Below are positions 60,661 through 64,000 of a DNA stretch of 64,000 bases, piece by piece. The position numbers and the translations under genes were made by a program. The notes beneath the pieces were generated by a model. It had not been told where the DNA came from and ran no database searches. It was given only the letters and a program-made list of their open reading frames with translations. Location: NCBI GenBank assembly GCA_002104905.1, contig MCFE01000218.1, forward strand, positions 1 through 64,000. The letters run 5' to 3'. Origin of the DNA: Basidiobolus meristosporus CBS 931.73 (taxonomy: Eukaryota; Fungi; Basidiobolomycota). Numbering within the stretch: the first letter of the stretch is position 1; each line of letters begins with the position of its first letter.

Positions 60661-61464
60661 TATTAGACCACTAACAAGTCAGTACTGTACCAACAATATC
60701 TAGCTGGCCACTTGATACTTCTAAAACAGCATCTGGCTAGTATTGTTATCAATTGTGTGAGATCCAGGGGACTTACTCCATAGCTCACACACATTGTTGT
60801 ATCCAAGACAAAACGCCATAAAATCTTGAATGGTTTAACTATGCCCAAGTTACAATTAAGTGCCAAATCTGAGAATTGTCAGAGAGTGGCAGAAATATTA
60901 GCAGTTAGGTTCTGGTTTAATATTGGTCTTGTATATAGCCAGGTTTGGCTACAAAGGCAACAGAGTTAGTTTGCTTTGCAGGCTAGGCTTGGGTAAAGAC
61001 CAGAACACAATTGTGGAATTCTTAATTTTGCTGAGGCACAATCTTAATATTGTTGAGACATACACTAAACCAAAAGGTTCAGTAAGCTTTATTTATACTT
61101 TTCTGATCAAGCTGAATTAGTAAGCATCAAGAGACTGGACTAATTAAAATCAGTTTGGATGCTGATAGCCACATAAAATAAATGAAAACTGCATCATTAA
61201 TCAGCTGATGTCTTGGCAGCTGCTAAGTGGTTGGATAGATCACAGATGAATAATCACTTAGGAAGGCTTAGTAGATTGATTGAGGACAGAATGACCAATT
61301 GAGAATTGATAAGGTGTTACAGCTAAAAATAGATTCTGAGAATTGATAAAGTGAACCATAACTTGGATTAGCTATTTTTGGGTTAGGGAAAATCAGTTAG
61401 GGTACTAGATTTTCTAACAGAGCAAAATTGGCTAAGTTTTGAATGTTGATGCACAACATCAATT

Positions 61465-64000
61465 CATACTGGAGGAGGAGTGCTTGGATACCTTCTGGGT
61501 TTCTATGCGGCTCCAATGTTGATTGATGATGGCAACATCATCAAAGTTGGTGTATGGTTCCCAGGTGTTGTGTTTAGCATTGTGACTGTTGTACTTGACC
61601 AAATAGAAACATTTTGTTTCTTCCCCATCATGATCCACAATAGCTTCAACTTCCTAGGTTTTAGAAGTTACCAGGTTGTGAGATTTATATTGGGGTGAAG
61701 AAGATAGAAAGTTCTTGGCTAGCAGTGATCCAGTATTGTCTTGAGTACATAAGATCCTCCAGTAGCGCATCTGACAACTTTAAATGGGCCCTCATATTTG
61801 GGGTCAGGTTTAGATTATTGGTTTGGATCCAGTGTCATGACATATGATGCATCTGGGAAGTTGCTTTTCCTGTATCTTGAGCCATATGTTGAAGTCATCT
61901 CTTTCTGTGAGTCTTTACTTCAGGCACTAATAGCAGGGTAGACAATGTTGGTAAAGTGCCTAAGCCAGTTCATTTGCTTGTCTGTATTCAACTTTGCCAA
62001 CTTGGTATTCTGGTAGTCTCCCAATTGGTTGAATTTTCTTCCAAATATTAAAGAAAATGGTGTCAATCCATGTAGAGCAGCAATTTTGGTGTCAATAGCA
62101 TACTGTACAGGGAAAATGTACCTGTCCCAATTCTCCTTGGCACCTTTGGTAGATTTCCTAAAGAGGTCAACCAAGATCTGAACATGTCTTTCAGCAAGTT
62201 CATTAGCTTTAGGATAGTATGGAGTGATCAGATGGTTGTCAATGGTGCTATTCAGGCAAAGGGCTTTGATCATGGGATTCACAGATTCTGCTCTATTACT
62301 AGGTTGAATGACCTTAGGGAATCCAAAGAGGCAGCAGAGCTTGAACAGTGCTTGAGCAATAGTGGCAGCATACTTCTCTGGGATAGCTTTGAGGAAGTCA
62401 AGTTGTGTGCAGACATCCATAATTACAAAGAGACAGTGATTACTGTCATAACTAGTAGTGAAAGGTCCATCTAGATCAAATGAAATTTGATCTATAGGAA
62501 GGCTTGCATGGATGGGACTCAAAGGGGGAAATCCATGGCGGTGTGGTGGTGTAGAGGTACTCCTGGGAGAAGCTACACAACTCAAGGAGTGTGAGGTGTC
62601 TAATGGGTGCAATAACCTCCAGGTCTAAACTGCTGATGTCTTTGTCAATATGTCTCTATGGCAAAGCTCCTGCTTCTCTTGCTTCCTAGGTGCTCCAAGT
62701 GTCTCCAAAGGCCTCTGTGTGTCTTGTGCACTACCCTGAAAAGCTCCTTGATGGCAGGTCTGAGATGCACTGTTGAAGGCAGGTGCAGTGATCAACTGCT
62801 AATCAATAAGGTAGAAGTGTTACTGATAGAAGAAATGATTTATTGATGAGGGATTGCTTTCCCTCAAATACTTTTCCTGATTGCCAAATGATTACTAATG
62901 ACAAGGTTCTAGAAGATTTTAGGTATCAGTGGAATTCTTAGTAAATGACTCCTCTGTATCAACGTTTCCATTCATTGGTATGTAGGATTCTCCAAGTTGC
63001 TGAATCCAGTTGAGAAATTATTTCAAAAGTTGTAGTAAGTTTACTTATTATGTCAGTAATCACATGTCCCTCCCAAGGTGAAGTTGGGAAAAGTCTTGAA
63101 AGGTGGTCAGGCAGGATGTTGAGAATTCCTGGGTAATGAATAACTGTACATTCATAATCAAATAGTGTATCAAGCCAGTTGGTAAGCATTGGAGTCAGAT
63201 TTTTTTAGGTGTGGATATAGACAAGGGCTTAGTGGTCAGTGTACAAAGTAAGTGGGTTACCCAATAGATACTGATGAAACTTCTTCAAGGCAAAGATTAT
63301 GGCAAGTAGCTACTTCTTGGTGGCAGAGTGGTTTCTCTCAACAGGTTGTAGGGATCTGGCTTGAAAAGAGATCCAGTGAGGAGGATATGGGTCTTCATCC
63401 TTGTATAGGACAGCCCCCATCCCAACATTAGATGCATCTGTAGCAACAAGAAAGCTCTTAGTAAAGTCTGGGTGTGATAAGGTGGGTGCTTGTGGGAGCA
63501 ATTGGCAGAGTGACTCAAATTCTTGGTCATGAGCCTTGTACCCAGCTGAGGGAAGATGAGAACTATGGCATAATGCATGCAAAGAGGCACTTAATGAGGA
63601 TATGAGTGGAATGTGTTCCCCAAAATAGTTGAATACTCCAAGATAATGTTGAAGTTGCTTGGCACCAATGGGTTTTAGCCATTCCAGAATATGGACCTGT
63701 CTCAAAGGGTCAAGCCGGTGGCCATCTGGTGTAAATATGAATCCAAATAGATTGATTTGAGGCAAGCAAAGCTGCACTTTTCAGTTTTAAGAGTCAGTCC
63801 AGCAGCTATCAGTCTATTGATTACATCAATGAAATGAGTTGTATGATCATCATGGTTTATGGAAAATATGATGACATCATTAACAGATACTAAGACATAT
63901 AGTGCATTCTTGGGTATCAGAGTCATGACTCTCTGGAAATTGCTGGTAATTTTCATTAGGCTAAAGGGAGCTCCCTGAAACTTCCATTGCATACTGTTCC
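61465..64000 (-). mobile_element. Second, more decayed Ty3/gypsy chromovirus pol (RT, RNase H, integrase, chromodomain), running off the right edge
   Basis: PFSLMKITSNFQRVM; VNDVIIFS; ATDASNVGMGAVL; NHSATKK; PYYPKANELAERHVQ; PKYEGPFKVV; EVEAIVDH..FYLVKY..NTWEPYTNFDD. Confidence 0.85.
62542..62950 (-). mobile_element. Truncated, diverged LTR related to the 1069-bp family
   Basis: Begins TGTGGTGGTGTA after GCGG; shares tgcaataacc, gcagtgatca..ctaatcaa and gaggga..ccct..atactttt blocks with 31309-32000. The right end is approximate. Confidence 0.65.

Noticed and set aside
60747-61418. TGTTA..TAACA segment as the 3' LTR or a solo LTR of the second chromovirus
   Set aside because: No purine tract precedes it and the flanks (AGTAT / GAGCA) do not match as a TSD. 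It is LTR-like and loosely similar to 52140-52400 and 55220-55520, but the boundaries are unsupported.
23900-64000. Classical CpA-targeted RIP as the cause of transposon decay
   Set aside because: CA/TG dinucleotides remain abundant while CG is lost, and the observed changes are CGN>TGN and CG>CA.

Overview
Fungal genomic window in two parts. The organism is not established; intron-rich GT-AG genes and CpG decay in the transposons suggest an early-diverging fungus. Positions 1 to about 23,640 are CpG-rich and carry five recognisable spliced genes: PP2A B55/CDC55, an ankyrin+DIL protein, an Sds3/Dep1-like Rpd3L subunit, sphingosine-1-phosphate lyase and a StuA-clade APSES factor. A probable sixth, unidentified gene runs off the left edge. 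Positions about 23,900 to 64,000 are a CpG-depleted block of nested transposons whose boundaries I could largely resolve from termini and target-site duplications (TSDs). It contains: (1) several copies of a CACTA/CMC family with CCCTATG termini, a 2-bp TSD and two divergent ORFs; (2) a full-length but inactivated Ty3/gypsy chromovirus with a Tf1-like self-priming site and a -1 frameshift signal; (3) two families of about 1.1-kb solo LTRs; (4) a near-intact PIF/Harbinger-superfamily element with AAT TSD and an open transposase, plus decayed copies and a 730-bp foldback MITE sharing its ends; (5) copia relics and a second chromovirus. The most interesting signals are the self-priming and frameshift RNA structures, homology between one family's LTR and another family's 5' leader, the Harbinger/foldback-MITE system, and an open transposase ORF with only one CpG in 885 nt. 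All coordinates, alignments and counts were made by hand and need computational confirmation.
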